Assembly: GCA_027459745.1 (NCBI GenBank) | Contig: DAIDHL010000004.1 | Location: forward strand, 15,240-79,239 | Origin: Candidatus Levyibacteriota bacterium | GTDB lineage: Bacteria; Patescibacteriota; Microgenomatia; Levybacterales; UBA12049 | Length of the DNA: 64,000 nt | Direction of reading: 5' to 3' | In this document: in pieces, positions 19,930 to 30,622 of the stretch | How the letters are laid out: each line of letters begins with the position of its first letter | Position numbering within the stretch: the first letter of the stretch is position 1 | Program-made: the position numbers and the translations under genes | The notes under the pieces: generated by a model | Told to the model about the DNA's origin: nothing | Seen by the model: only the letters and a program-made list of their open reading frames with translations | Databases searched by the model: none

Positions 19930-20253
19930 TTATTTAGCTGTTTTTTTGTTAGAAGTTTTCTTTGTGGTTTTCTTAACTTCTTTAGCATCTTCTGTTTTGA
20001 CTGATGTGCTAGCCTTTCCACCATCAACTAATTTGGACAAATTTGATTTCAAACGAGCTGCTTTGTTCTTGTGAATAATATGATCTTGTGCGGCTCTGTC
20101 CAAAGAACTGAAAGCTTCACTTAAATTTTCCTTGGTCGGCTTTTGTCTGGCTTTTTTCAAAAGTTCGCGATACACCACACGTACTCGCTTATTTCTAAGT
20201 GTTCTTTTTTTGTCCTGACGCATCTTCTTTTTTGCGTGTTTCAATAGTGGCAT
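19930..20253 (-). CDS. rpsT: 30S ribosomal protein S20 with a Lys-rich C-terminal extension
   Basis: N-terminus ...KHAKKKMRQDKKRTLRNKRVRVVYRELLKK is typical of S20. Confidence 0.8.
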   Translation of the reverse strand: MPLLKHAKKKMRQDKKRTLRNKRVRVVYRELLKKARQKPTKENLSEAFSSLDRAAQDHIIHKNKAARLKSNLSKLVDGGKASTSVKTEDAKEVKKTTKKTSNKKTAK

Positions 20254-20302
20254 AGCTGTATTTTAGCATGATATACTTGTTTTGACAAGCATAATAGAAC
20301 CT

Positions 20303-21958
20303 ATGACTGATCTGTTTCGCAAAGGCTTAGACCTTATTCTAAAACGTCAAACCAACATCTTATCCGCAGCATTTGTCATAATGTCTACCGTAGTTTTATC
20401 ACAGCTGTTGGGCATAGTGAAAAAGCGTCTGTTAGTGTCTATCTTTGGACCCACCAACGCCGTAGGTGTATATACGGCAGCCTCTGTTTTGCCTGATTTT
20501 CTTTTTCAAGTAGTCATTGCAGTTGCCCTTTCCAGCGCCTTTATTCCTATTTTTGCTAATTACTTGAGTAAGAATGAGGAAAAAGAAGCGAATGAAATGG
20601 CCTCTGCTTTACTTACTGTAGGGTCGTCATTATTTATTATCTTGGGTGTAGTTCTAGCCATTTGCGCACCGTTCGTTTTACAAATTATGAATCTGGGCTC
20701 TGGTTTTTCTCCAGACCAAATGGCTTTAATGGTCAATTTAATGCGCTTACTACTGATTGGACAATTAATGTTTTTAATTGGTGTCTTCTTCACAGCTTTG
20801 TTACAAACGCATAATCACTTTTTTGTTCCTGGTTTTGCCGCAGCTTTGTATAACTTAGGTATCATCATAGGCATTTTGGCATTTAAGCAATACGGCATGT
20901 ATGGACCGACTATCGGCAATATCATCGGGGCTGCCTTATTTGTTTCATTGCAAATTCCCGTCATTCGCAAAGTAGGTTTTCACTTTAAGATAAATTTTGA
21001 TTTTCGTAATTCCGGCTTACAAAAGGTGTTGCATTTGATGTGGCCACGATCTATCTCAAATATTGTTTTCAATCTTTCTTCTGTCCTCACCATTTCTTTG
21101 ATCTCATTTATGCCCTCTGCAGGCAGAAATTATGTACTTTTGGATCTGGCGCAAGCGCTGGCTTTTGCTCCTGTTACGCTTTTTGGTCAATCGATAGCCC
21201 AAGCTGCATTCCCCGTCTTAGCCAAGGAAAAAGATAATCCAGAAGAATTTAAATCAACTTTCATTACCAGCTTCAATCAAATGTTATATTTAGTTCTGCC
21301 AGTATCGGTTCTGCTATTAGTTCTACGCATTCCAATAGTTCGTCTTATTTATGGTGCTTCAACTAATTTCGACTGGCCTGCGACAGTATTAACTGGCAGA
21401 ACGCTCGCATTTTTTAGTATCGCTATCTTTTCTGAAAGTTTGAAGGCTTTACTCGCACGCAGTTTTTATGCATTACATGACACCAAGACACTTTTGGTCA
21501 GTAGTACATTGAGTACATTTTTGATGTTGGGACTATCTGCCTACTTTATCGTCGGTTTAAAATTAGGCATTATGTCTATCGCTTTTTCGTACTCAGTTGC
21601 GAGCATTTTGGAAATGTGTATTTTGTTTTTAATTTTAGAACACCGTTTGCACGGATTTGACCGCAAGTTCCTGGTTTTCTCCTGGTTGAAAATCTTTTCG
21701 GCCACTTTTTTCACTGCCTTTGCCCTTTATATACCTATTAAACTTCTCGACCAACTAGTCTTTGATACAACCAAAACTATTAATCTTTTATTACTAACCG
21801 GTATTTCAAGTTTGGCTGGCATAGTTATTTATGTGTTTCTTACCTGGTTGTTTAACGTCAAAGAAGCCTTTACTTATGTGGTAATGTTCAAAAAGCTTGG
21901 TACCTGGCGAGATATCATGAAAAAACAATCCGAAATCATAGAAAACACCAAGTTTTAA
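20303..21958 (+). CDS. murJ: lipid II flippase MurJ (MviN)
   Basis: About 14 TM helices with a MurJ-like N-terminus (ILSAAFVIMSTVVLSQLLGIVKKRLLVSIFG). The track ORF starts at TTG 20282. ATG 20303 is preceded by CATAAT. Confidence 0.85.
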   Translation: MTDLFRKGLDLILKRQTNILSAAFVIMSTVVLSQLLGIVKKRLLVSIFGPTNAVGVYTAASVLPDFLFQVVIAVALSSAFIPIFANYLSKNEEKEANEMASALLTVGSSLFIILGVVLAICAPFVLQIMNLGSGFSPDQMALMVNLMRLLLIGQLMFLIGVFFTALLQTHNHFFVPGFAAALYNLGIIIGILAFKQYGMYGPTIGNIIGAALFVSLQIPVIRKVGFHFKINFDFRNSGLQKVLHLMWPRSISNIVFNLSSVLTISLISFMPSAGRNYVLLDLAQALAFAPVTLFGQSIAQAAFPVLAKEKDNPEEFKSTFITSFNQMLYLVLPVSVLLLVLRIPIVRLIYGASTNFDWPATVLTGRTLAFFSIAIFSESLKALLARSFYALHDTKTLLVSSTLSTFLMLGLSAYFIVGLKLGIMSIAFSYSVASILEMCILFLILEHRLHGFDRKFLVFSWLKIFSATFFTAFALYIPIKLLDQLVFDTTKTINLLLLTGISSLAGIVIYVFLTWLFNVKEAFTYVVMFKKLGTWRDIMKKQSEIIENTKF

Positions 21959-22008
21959 ATTAAACTTTCTTCTTGCTTTAAAAATTATTTCTGCTAAAAA
22001 TAGTCTAC

Positions 22009-22767
22009 ATGACAAGTCATATAAAAATTCCTGTTAAATTTAAACCAGTTATAGATCAACTTTTGGATTTGCAAAAAATTGATCGATATCAAGGAGTAAT
22101 CATCTTCGGATCATTGGCCCGAGGAGATTCCAATGACCATAGCGATGTTGACGTCAATATCATTATAAATGAAGATAATGAATGTGAGAAAGTAAATCAT
22201 CCATACATAAATAAAATAAAACTAGATCTGAATATTTTATCTTTAAAGCAATTCAATACCAAAATGGATCGGCAAATTAAAAAACATGAACGTATACCCT
22301 GGATTGCTGAAGCATTAATACTTTTTGACAAAACTGGAGAATTAAAAAAATTACAACAAGAGGCAAAGAAAATAAAACCTCTAAAAATCAAAAGTAAAGA
22401 ATATCCTTGGATTAATTTTTTGATTTATAACGTGAACGCCAAAGTGGAAAGGTATATTCATGACCAACCCGAACAGGCATTATTTGTCATGACTACAGAA
22501 TTAAGCTATCTTTTAAGGATTTATTATCAACTTAAAGGCCGATGGTGGGTGAGTAATAAAAGATTATTAACACAATTAGCACAAACTGACACTCAACTTG
22601 CAAACTACATTAAAAAGTTTATGTCTGCACCTGAAATTAAAAGTAAATATAATTATTGGCAAAAAATCGTAGCTTATATTTCACATCCTTTAGGCGGACT
22701 AAAACCTCTGATTGAAAAAAACTGTCAATGCAAAACCTGCAAACTAGACTTAGTAAACTTTAGTTAA
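22009..22767 (+). CDS. nucleotidyltransferase-fold protein (Pol-beta/ANT/Lnu-like)
   Basis: GVIIFGSLARGDSNDHSDVDVNII matches GS-x9-DxD, followed by a helical C-terminal domain. There is no adjacent HEPN partner. Confidence 0.65.
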   Translation: MTSHIKIPVKFKPVIDQLLDLQKIDRYQGVIIFGSLARGDSNDHSDVDVNIIINEDNECEKVNHPYINKIKLDLNILSLKQFNTKMDRQIKKHERIPWIAEALILFDKTGELKKLQQEAKKIKPLKIKSKEYPWINFLIYNVNAKVERYIHDQPEQALFVMTTELSYLLRIYYQLKGRWWVSNKRLLTQLAQTDTQLANYIKKFMSAPEIKSKYNYWQKIVAYISHPLGGLKPLIEKNCQCKTCKLDLVNFS

Positions 22768-22863
22768 GAAATAAATTTATCATTAAACAATGTCAGCAGG
22801 TAAACCAAGTCTTTCTTCAACTCTAGTTAATCTTTTACTTTGACTCATTTGCTCTCTATTAAG

Positions 22864-23079
22864 CTAGTCTAAGATAATACTCTTATCCTTTTTTAAAGAT
22901 CTCAAAGATTTCGTATGACCGTTAACGGTTTTGGTGATATCTTGCAAAAGTTTGTCATGATTTTTTAGCATTTCTTTCTGGCTTTCTAACATTTTTCCAT
23001 GACTAGACAATTCTTCCTTAATAGGAGCTAAATTTTCTTCAAGTAATTTAGAAATCCGCTGCAAATCTTGTGTGATCAT
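22864..23079 (-). CDS. hypothetical small coiled-coil protein (71 aa)
   Basis: ORF with heptad-like K/E/L composition. Coding status is uncertain. Confidence 0.3.
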   Translation of the reverse strand: MITQDLQRISKLLEENLAPIKEELSSHGKMLESQKEMLKNHDKLLQDITKTVNGHTKSLRSLKKDKSIILD

Positions 23080-23135
23080 CGTAGGTGTAATATATGTCTC
23101 TCAGTAATAGCTGTCAAGTTAATGCCTATAAAAAC

Positions 23136-23161
23136 AAAAAAAATCCCGCCTTTGCGCGGGA
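23136..23161 (-). terminator. rho-independent terminator downstream of groEL
   Basis: On the minus strand, TCCCGCGCAAAGGCGGGA hairpin followed by T8. Confidence 0.65.
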
Positions 23162-23249
23162 CATTGCATGATTCTAGAGCCATCTTTGGCTTCCCAGAAT
23201 GAGGATTACCTTTTTGCTTTATAAACTTTATGGACTTTATAACTTTCGA

Positions 23250-24899
<1,650 letters not shown>

Positions 24900-25199
24900 T
24901 TACTCCATTATTGCTAAAATATCTTTTTCTTCGACAATTACACAATCTTCACCATTTACTTTGACTTCATTGCCACCCCATTTTTTGTACATCACTTTAT
25001 CTCCGACCTTAACTGACATAGGTTTGACATCACCCTTAGGACCAATATGACCTTTGCCTGCCGCTAGCACTTCACCAATCTGTGGTTTTTCTTTGACACT
25101 ATCTGGCAAGATAATCCCACCGGCTGTTTTTTCTTCTGCTTTTACAGGCCTAATTAAAACATTGTCGAATAATGGTCTAATTTTATTTTTTGCTGTCAT
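24900..25199 (-). CDS. groS: co-chaperonin GroES
   Basis: 99 aa starting ...IRPLFDNVLIRP... It lies directly upstream of groEL. Confidence 0.95.
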   Translation of the reverse strand: MTAKNKIRPLFDNVLIRPVKAEEKTAGGIILPDSVKEKPQIGEVLAAGKGHIGPKGDVKPMSVKVGDKVMYKKWGGNEVKVNGEDCVIVEEKDILAIME

Positions 25200-25247
25200 A
25201 TTAATCTAATTAGTAGGCAATTCGCACTTAAGAATTGTTACTGCTAG

Positions 25248-25276
25248 TTTATACAAAAAAATTAAAATAATGTCAA
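25248..25276 (-). promoter_or_regulatory. sigma70-like promoter for groES-groEL
   Basis: On the minus strand, TTGACA, a 17-nt spacer, then TATAAA. Confidence 0.4.
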
Positions 25277-25363
25277 TAGCCTATAGCTAACACATGTATA
25301 CTTGACACCCCATTATTTCTTCTATACGATGATTATAAGTGCTAAAAGAGCACATGGATTTAT

Positions 25364-26254
25364 ATGCATTCATCTAATTGGAAACGTTTGGTACTTATTG
25401 GTTTTATTGCCATTTTATTAGTGGCCATCCCAGTGGCATTATATTTAGTTAAACAAACGACTAATACAGCATCACACGCTACTCCAGCTACTAATTTAAC
25501 GTTTACTCCACCTTCCAGTAATCCAGCACCTATTACGGCCAACGTTGGAGATACTGTTCCCTTAACATTAAACATTGATCCTGGGACTAATTTAGTTACT
25601 TCAGTCAAGGTTTATATTCAATACGATCCTACCAAACTCAGTGCTTCCAGTACTTCATTTACTGTGAATAATTCTGCTTTTCCTGTTACAGTCGATGGCC
25701 CTACTTATTCTCCAGGTTCTATTTCTTTTTCTGTATCTATCGGAGCTGATTATACCAAAGCGATTCAATCTCCTACCAGCGTAGGTACTTTAACTTTTAC
25801 AGCTTTAGCAGCTACTAATCCTAATACTCCTACCCAAGTAAGCGTTACAACTCAATCTCAAGTCTTATCTGCCGGACCAAATGACCAATATCCAGAAAAC
25901 GTACTACTGTCAAGACCTATCGCTTATATCGCAGTTAATGGTCCTGCTCAACCTTCCCTTACTCCAACAGGGGTGCCTGGACCCACAGCTACACCTATAC
26001 CCGGACAACCGACTAATACTCCCACACCGACATTAGAAGCCACTCCAACCTCTACTCCTGCAGCTACACCAGTGGCAATTGCAACGCCTACAACCGCTGT
26101 AGTAGCTGTTATTGCTAATCCAACAGATACTCCGGTTCCCCCCTTACCTAGTGCAACTATAGCCGCTACTGGCTCTACAGATATAACATTTGGTGCTGGT
26201 GCTATATTAACAGTACTTTCTGTTATCGGTGGTGTAATCTTCTTCGTGCTATAG
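25364..26254 (+). CDS. surface protein with an N-terminal TM or signal, an Ig-like domain, a Pro/Thr-rich linker and a C-terminal hydrophobic anchor
   Basis: 296 aa with TPTPT/ATPT repeats. The C-terminus is ...LPSATIAATGSTDITFGAGAILTVLSVIGGVIFFVL*. Confidence 0.6.
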   Translation: MHSSNWKRLVLIGFIAILLVAIPVALYLVKQTTNTASHATPATNLTFTPPSSNPAPITANVGDTVPLTLNIDPGTNLVTSVKVYIQYDPTKLSASSTSFTVNNSAFPVTVDGPTYSPGSISFSVSIGADYTKAIQSPTSVGTLTFTALAATNPNTPTQVSVTTQSQVLSAGPNDQYPENVLLSRPIAYIAVNGPAQPSLTPTGVPGPTATPIPGQPTNTPTPTLEATPTSTPAATPVAIATPTTAVVAVIANPTDTPVPPLPSATIAATGSTDITFGAGAILTVLSVIGGVIFFVL

Positions 26255-26258
26255 TACG

Positions 26259-26332
26259 TTACTTACTACTTACTACTTACTACTTACTACTTACTACTTA
26301 CTACTTACTACTTACTACTTACTACTTACTAC
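26259..26332. repeat. heptanucleotide microsatellite (TTACTAC) x about 10
   Basis: Perfect tandem 7-mers fill the gap between the convergent stop codons of the surface-protein gene and lepA. Confidence 0.9.
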
Positions 26333-28110
26333 TATTTATTCTCCATCATCGCGAAGAGAGCCTCTTGAGGTAAATGAATTTTCGCAGATGAGACCATACG
26401 CTTTTTACCTTTTTTCTGAGCTTCTAGCAACTTATCTTTTCTCGTTCTATCTCCGCCAGACATTTTGGCTAATACATCTTTACGATAAGGAGGAATCTCT
26501 TCGCGTGCAACAATATTTCCATTCATTAACGCTTGAATAATTTGCCTGAATTGTTGACGAGGTAGTGACTCTTTTAATTTCTGTGCTTTTTGTCTAGCTA
26601 TATATAATCCCTCATCCCGATACGCCAATTCAGATAGAACATCAATAATATTGTCGTTAATTTTTACATCTACGTTTACCAAATCTGCCTGCTTATATGC
26701 CGTTAACTCATAGTCAATACTAGCATAACCAGAACTTACTGTTTTCAACTCTGCAGAAAGTCCACGTATAAACATACTATATGGTAATTCATAACTTAAA
26801 GTCGCATAAGTATCATGATATTGCAGATCAACCAAATCTCCTTTTCGTTTTTGACAGACTGTCATAACATTACCCACGTATTCATTGGGAATGTAGACAG
26901 TAAGTAACATATAAGGCTCACGCATTGTTCCATCTGACGATTTCTCATATAATACATTAGGCATTGTTAGTAATAAATCCAACCCAAATTCCTGGGCCAA
27001 TCGTTCTTTAACTATCTCCGCATGTAATAAGCCCAAAAAACCCACGCGAAACCCACTACCCAAATAAGCAGAATATTCTTCAGTATAAGTTAGTGAAGTG
27101 TCGTTTAGCATTAATTTACCCAATGACTCACGTAAGTTAGCAAAATCAGAAGCATCTTTGGGGTACATGCCGAAGAAGACCATAGGCTTGGGAGTTTGAT
27201 AACCTGGTAATGGATAAACCTCGTTTCCTTTATCGTCAATTGCTAATTTTGAATTTTGAATTTTAAGATTTGCATTGACTATGGTATCTCCCACTCTGCC
27301 TTGGCGTATATCTTTGATACCAGTAATAACATAACCAATTTCTCCTGCGACTAACTGGCTGCTTGGCTGTAAAAAGGGATTAAACACACCTACCTCAGTC
27401 ACCGTAGTAGAGGTTCCACCTTGGAAAATTTTAATTTGATCACCTATTTTAATTGATCCACCAAACATACGAATATAAGTTACAACTCCACGATATTCAT
27501 CATATACAGCATCAAAAATTAAAGCCCTTAATGGTTTTTCAATTTCATTACTGGGAGAAGGCAATTTTTCTACTATCCGATCCAGCAATAACTGCACGTT
27601 CTCACCAGTTTTAGCTGAAATAAAAATAATCTCTTCTTCTTTAAATCCAAATACTGATACCAACTCTTTGACTACTAAATCTGTCTGGGCGTTGGGTAAA
27701 TCAATTTTATTAATTACGGGAATCATGACTAGTCTTTGTTTTTTTGCTTCAAAATAATGTGCTACTGTTTGCGCCTGAATTCCCTGGGTAGCATCAACTA
27801 ATAACACTGCTCCTTCACAAGCGGCGAGCGTACGAGAGACCTCGTAAGAAAAATCTACATGTCCTGGTGTGTCAATCAAGTTTAATATGTACTCATTACC
27901 ATCGGACGCATGATAAAGCATGCGTACTGGTGCTAATTTAATAGTAATGCCTCTTTTTTTGCTGATCGCATTCATATCCAAAAACTGCTCTCCCAACTTG
28001 TCTTTGGCAATCGTTTGGGTAATTTCCAAAAACCGATCCGACAATGTCGATTTACCATGGTCTACATGGGCGATAATAGCAAAATTCCGCACTAACTTTG
28101 GGTCAATCAT
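26332..28110 (-). CDS. lepA: elongation factor 4 (LepA)
   Basis: N-terminus MIDPKLVRNFAIIAHVDHGKSTLSDR with a GTPase and a LepA-specific C-terminal domain. Confidence 0.95.
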   Translation of the reverse strand: MIDPKLVRNFAIIAHVDHGKSTLSDRFLEITQTIAKDKLGEQFLDMNAISKKRGITIKLAPVRMLYHASDGNEYILNLIDTPGHVDFSYEVSRTLAACEGAVLLVDATQGIQAQTVAHYFEAKKQRLVMIPVINKIDLPNAQTDLVVKELVSVFGFKEEEIIFISAKTGENVQLLLDRIVEKLPSPSNEIEKPLRALIFDAVYDEYRGVVTYIRMFGGSIKIGDQIKIFQGGTSTTVTEVGVFNPFLQPSSQLVAGEIGYVITGIKDIRQGRVGDTIVNANLKIQNSKLAIDDKGNEVYPLPGYQTPKPMVFFGMYPKDASDFANLRESLGKLMLNDTSLTYTEEYSAYLGSGFRVGFLGLLHAEIVKERLAQEFGLDLLLTMPNVLYEKSSDGTMREPYMLLTVYIPNEYVGNVMTVCQKRKGDLVDLQYHDTYATLSYELPYSMFIRGLSAELKTVSSGYASIDYELTAYKQADLVNVDVKINDNIIDVLSELAYRDEGLYIARQKAQKLKESLPRQQFRQIIQALMNGNIVAREEIPPYRKDVLAKMSGGDRTRKDKLLEAQKKGKKRMVSSAKIHLPQEALFAMMENK

Positions 28111-28232
28111 GCCTCACATTATAGTTTATTACCCACTTAAAGGCAAAATAAGCACAAAAAATCGAGGAGTTTTTAAATTTACAACTTCACCTCATATTAC
28201 CTAGAAAACCCCTTGGCATCGTCAAGTACCCT

Positions 28233-28241
28233 TGCTACAAT
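28233..28241 (+). promoter_or_regulatory. extended -10 element TGCTACAAT for the cyclophilin gene, which is probably leaderless
   Basis: It sits 7 nt before ATG 28249. Confidence 0.4.
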
Positions 28242-28248
28242 ATCCATT

Positions 28249-28986
28249 ATGAACAATGGCCAAATCATCATCGGCTCAACCATCGTAATCATTTTTGTTG
28301 GTATTTTTCTTTTTCTTAATTTCAACAGTAACCAAAATAAATGGGGGTCCTTATTACCTCCTACTCCCACGATAGATATGACTGCTCCTTTTCAATTAAT
28401 CTCTCCTGCACAGCCTCAGGCTCAACAAAACATACAAGGTGCACAGACTCAGCAGCAAGTGCAACAACCTCCTCCTCCAACGGCTGCTCCTACATCAGCT
28501 GCAAGTTCATTTGAAGGTCCTTTACCAGCCACAGTATCTGCTACGATTCATACAGCTAAAGGAGATATTGTTCTAAGTCTATTTGCTGATAAAGCTCCTA
28601 AAACAGTGGGGAACTTTATTGCCAAAGCCCAAGCAGGTTTTTATAATAATCTGACTTTCCATCGTGTAGAAGATTGGGTAGTCCAGGGAGGAGATCCTAA
28701 GGGAGATGGAACTGGAGGTGGACAAATGCCAGCTGAGCAAACACCTGGAATAAATTTTGTTACGGGCTCATTAGGTATAGCCCGTGGTTCTGATCCGACT
28801 ATTAATAACGCTGCGCAATTTTTTATTACCAAAAAACAGGCTGATTGGCTCAATGGACAATATACTAACTTTGGCATAGTAACTAGTGGCATGGATGTGG
28901 TAAATAAGCTGGCAGTTGGAGATAAAATTCAGACTATTTCAGTTGATCTGACCCAAACCGAAGGCGGTGGCTACACTTCACCCTAA
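28249..28986 (+). CDS. cyclophilin-type peptidyl-prolyl cis-trans isomerase, membrane-anchored with a Q/P-rich linker
   Basis: ...VGNFIAKAQAGFYNNLTFHRVEDWVVQGGDP.GDGTGG... The track ORF (28213) overlaps the promoter element, so ATG 28249 is used. Confidence 0.85.
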   Translation: MNNGQIIIGSTIVIIFVGIFLFLNFNSNQNKWGSLLPPTPTIDMTAPFQLISPAQPQAQQNIQGAQTQQQVQQPPPPTAAPTSAASSFEGPLPATVSATIHTAKGDIVLSLFADKAPKTVGNFIAKAQAGFYNNLTFHRVEDWVVQGGDPKGDGTGGGQMPAEQTPGINFVTGSLGIARGSDPTINNAAQFFITKKQADWLNGQYTNFGIVTSGMDVVNKLAVGDKIQTISVDLTQTEGGGYTSP

Positions 28987-29123
28987 GCTGTTATAATACT
29001 CCCCATGCACGAAGCGGTAGAATATCAAAGGATACTTCTGTTCCTAGAAGTCCAAAAGAAACCATACGTTGTTATATAGCCGACCCACAAGGAAACATCT
29101 TACTTCTGCAAAAAACATCCTAC

Positions 29124-29528
29124 TTGTATGAAGTCCCTGGAGGTAAGATCGATGAGGGTGAAGAAGTAGCGACTCCAAAACAGCAAATGGATGCATTAGT
29201 ACGGGAAGTATTAGAAGAAACAAATATTAATATTACAAAGAATCCAATTCACAAAACACATGAATATTCATATATTTTCCCGCATAACGGAAAACTCTTA
29301 AAGTCTTATGTACATGCTTATCTAACTCTTGTTGCTACTGAGCAAAAACTTGGGATAAGTATTAATAATGTTTTTAAACCTGATGGCTCACCTGAGGATA
29401 ATCATATGAGTTTTATTTGGGCAAATTCTAAAGACTTAAATAATCTTAGACGTTCAGGACAACTTTTAGGTAATTCTAAATTTTATGCACCTGTACTCTT
29501 TAGGCTACGCCAACTGAGAGCACAATAA
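29124..29528 (+). CDS. NUDIX hydrolase. The annotated TTG start is too far 3'; the homologous frame extends 5' to about 28998 with no canonical start codon.
   Basis: Nudix box ...PGGKIDEGE...REVLEETNI with a 6-aa insertion. The upstream in-frame peptide ...ETIRCYIADPQGNILLLQKTSYL reads like Nudix beta strands. Confidence 0.55.
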   Translation: MYEVPGGKIDEGEEVATPKQQMDALVREVLEETNINITKNPIHKTHEYSYIFPHNGKLLKSYVHAYLTLVATEQKLGISINNVFKPDGSPEDNHMSFIWANSKDLNNLRRSGQLLGNSKFYAPVLFRLRQLRAQ

Positions 29529-29571
29529 AGAAACTGCTTGGTACTTGAAAATTAGACTGTTTTAGTCCTAC

Positions 29572-29594
29572 AAAAAAACTCCCTTTTGGGAGTT
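29572..29594 (-). terminator. rho-independent terminator for rpsG, possibly bidirectional
   Basis: AACTCCC-TTTT-GGGAGTT hairpin with A7 on the plus side, which is T7 on the minus strand. Confidence 0.55.
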
Positions 29595-29650
29595 CTATTT
29601 AACCTATAGATAAACTAGATCCTGAAACAAATTCAGGATGACAATACGGT

Positions 29651-30124
29651 TTACCAACGGAAGTGGGCAAAAGCGCGGTTTGCTTCGGCTTGGCGATGCA
29701 TGGTATCTCTTTTCTTAATTGCTTCTCCGGCATTATTAGCTGCATCAATCAATTCTTGAGCTAATTTCTGGGCAAAGGTATGATATTCACTATTTGGTCT
29801 CTTACGAGCAGCTTCTAGTATCCATCTAATTGCCAAGGAAACTTTGCGATCTGCCCTTACCTCGACTGGTACTTGATAGTTAGCTCCACCAACACGGCGA
29901 GCCTTTACTTCTACTTTAGGTGAAATAGTTGAGAGTGCTTTTTCAAATGTTTCCAGAGGCTCCATGCCTTTTTCTTTAATCAAATCAAATGCAGCATACA
30001 TTTGTCTCTGCGCGACTGATTTTTTACCATCTACCATCAAACAGTTGGTAAATTTGGCTACCATAATATTGTTGAAAAGCAAATCCGGTTTTATTCTTCT
30101 TTTATCAATTTTTGCATGTCTCAT
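29651..30124 (-). CDS. rpsG: 30S ribosomal protein S7
   Basis: 157 aa ...MVDGKKSVAQRQMYAAFDLIKEK... Confidence 0.9.
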   Translation of the reverse strand: MRHAKIDKRRIKPDLLFNNIMVAKFTNCLMVDGKKSVAQRQMYAAFDLIKEKGMEPLETFEKALSTISPKVEVKARRVGGANYQVPVEVRADRKVSLAIRWILEAARKRPNSEYHTFAQKLAQELIDAANNAGEAIKKRDTMHRQAEANRAFAHFRW

Positions 30125-30142
30125 ATTTTTATAGATCTAAAC

Positions 30143-30568
30143 TTACGCTCCTTTTGACGCACTTGGCATCTTGGCACCATACTTACTACGTGATGTATGA
30201 CGGCCTTCTACACCTTGTAAATCGAATTTACCACGTACAATATGGTATTTCACTCCAGGTAAATCTTTAACACGGCCACCGCGAACTAAAACAATACCGT
30301 GTTCGGACAAACTGTGGCCAATACCTTGAATGTAAGCAGTAACTTCGACTTTGTTGGATAATTTAACACGAGCAACTTTACGCAAAGCAGAATTAGGCTT
30401 CTTAGGAGTCATTGTTTTTACCAAAGTAACTACTCCCCGCTTTTGTGGAGAACTCAAATCTTTGTATTCACGGTCTTTGGCGTTAAACATGCGACGCAAA
30501 CCGGTAACTTTGACCTTTTTAATTTTATGTTTTCGACCATGTCTGGCCAATTGCGATAATGTTGGCAT
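30143..30568 (-). CDS. rpsL: 30S ribosomal protein S12
   Basis: ...[29 protein letters not shown]...[18 protein letters not shown]. Confidence 0.92.
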   Translation of the reverse strand: MPTLSQLARHGRKHKIKKVKVTGLRRMFNAKDREYKDLSSPQKRGVVTLVKTMTPKKPNSALRKVARVKLSNKVEVTAYIQGIGHSLSEHGIVLVRGGRVKDLPGVKYHIVRGKFDLQGVEGRHTSRSKYGAKMPSASKGA

Positions 30569-30622
30569 AACTTAATTATTATATCACACTTTACGCTCAA
30601 GGGAAACTTTCATGATGGGCAA

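Noticed and set aside
25221-25250. CIRCE-like HrcA operator in the groES leader (ctagcagtaacaattcttaagtgcgaa)
   Set aside because: It matches the TTAGCACTC-N9-GAGTGCTAA consensus only loosely. The two halves are not inverted repeats of each other, so it is not called.
25338-25354. Palindrome aagtgctaaaagagcac resembling a CIRCE half-site
   Set aside because: Only the right half matches. It lies on the far side of the divergent region, next to the + strand gene, and no left half sits at N9 spacing.
25360-25608. 82-aa minus-strand ORF overlapping the start of the surface-protein gene
   Set aside because: The + strand ORF has a signal/TM, domain structure and PT-repeats. The minus ORF is an antisense artefact.
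26259-26332. CRISPR array, considered because of the regular repeats
   Set aside because: The units are contiguous 7-mers without spacers, so this is a microsatellite, not CRISPR.
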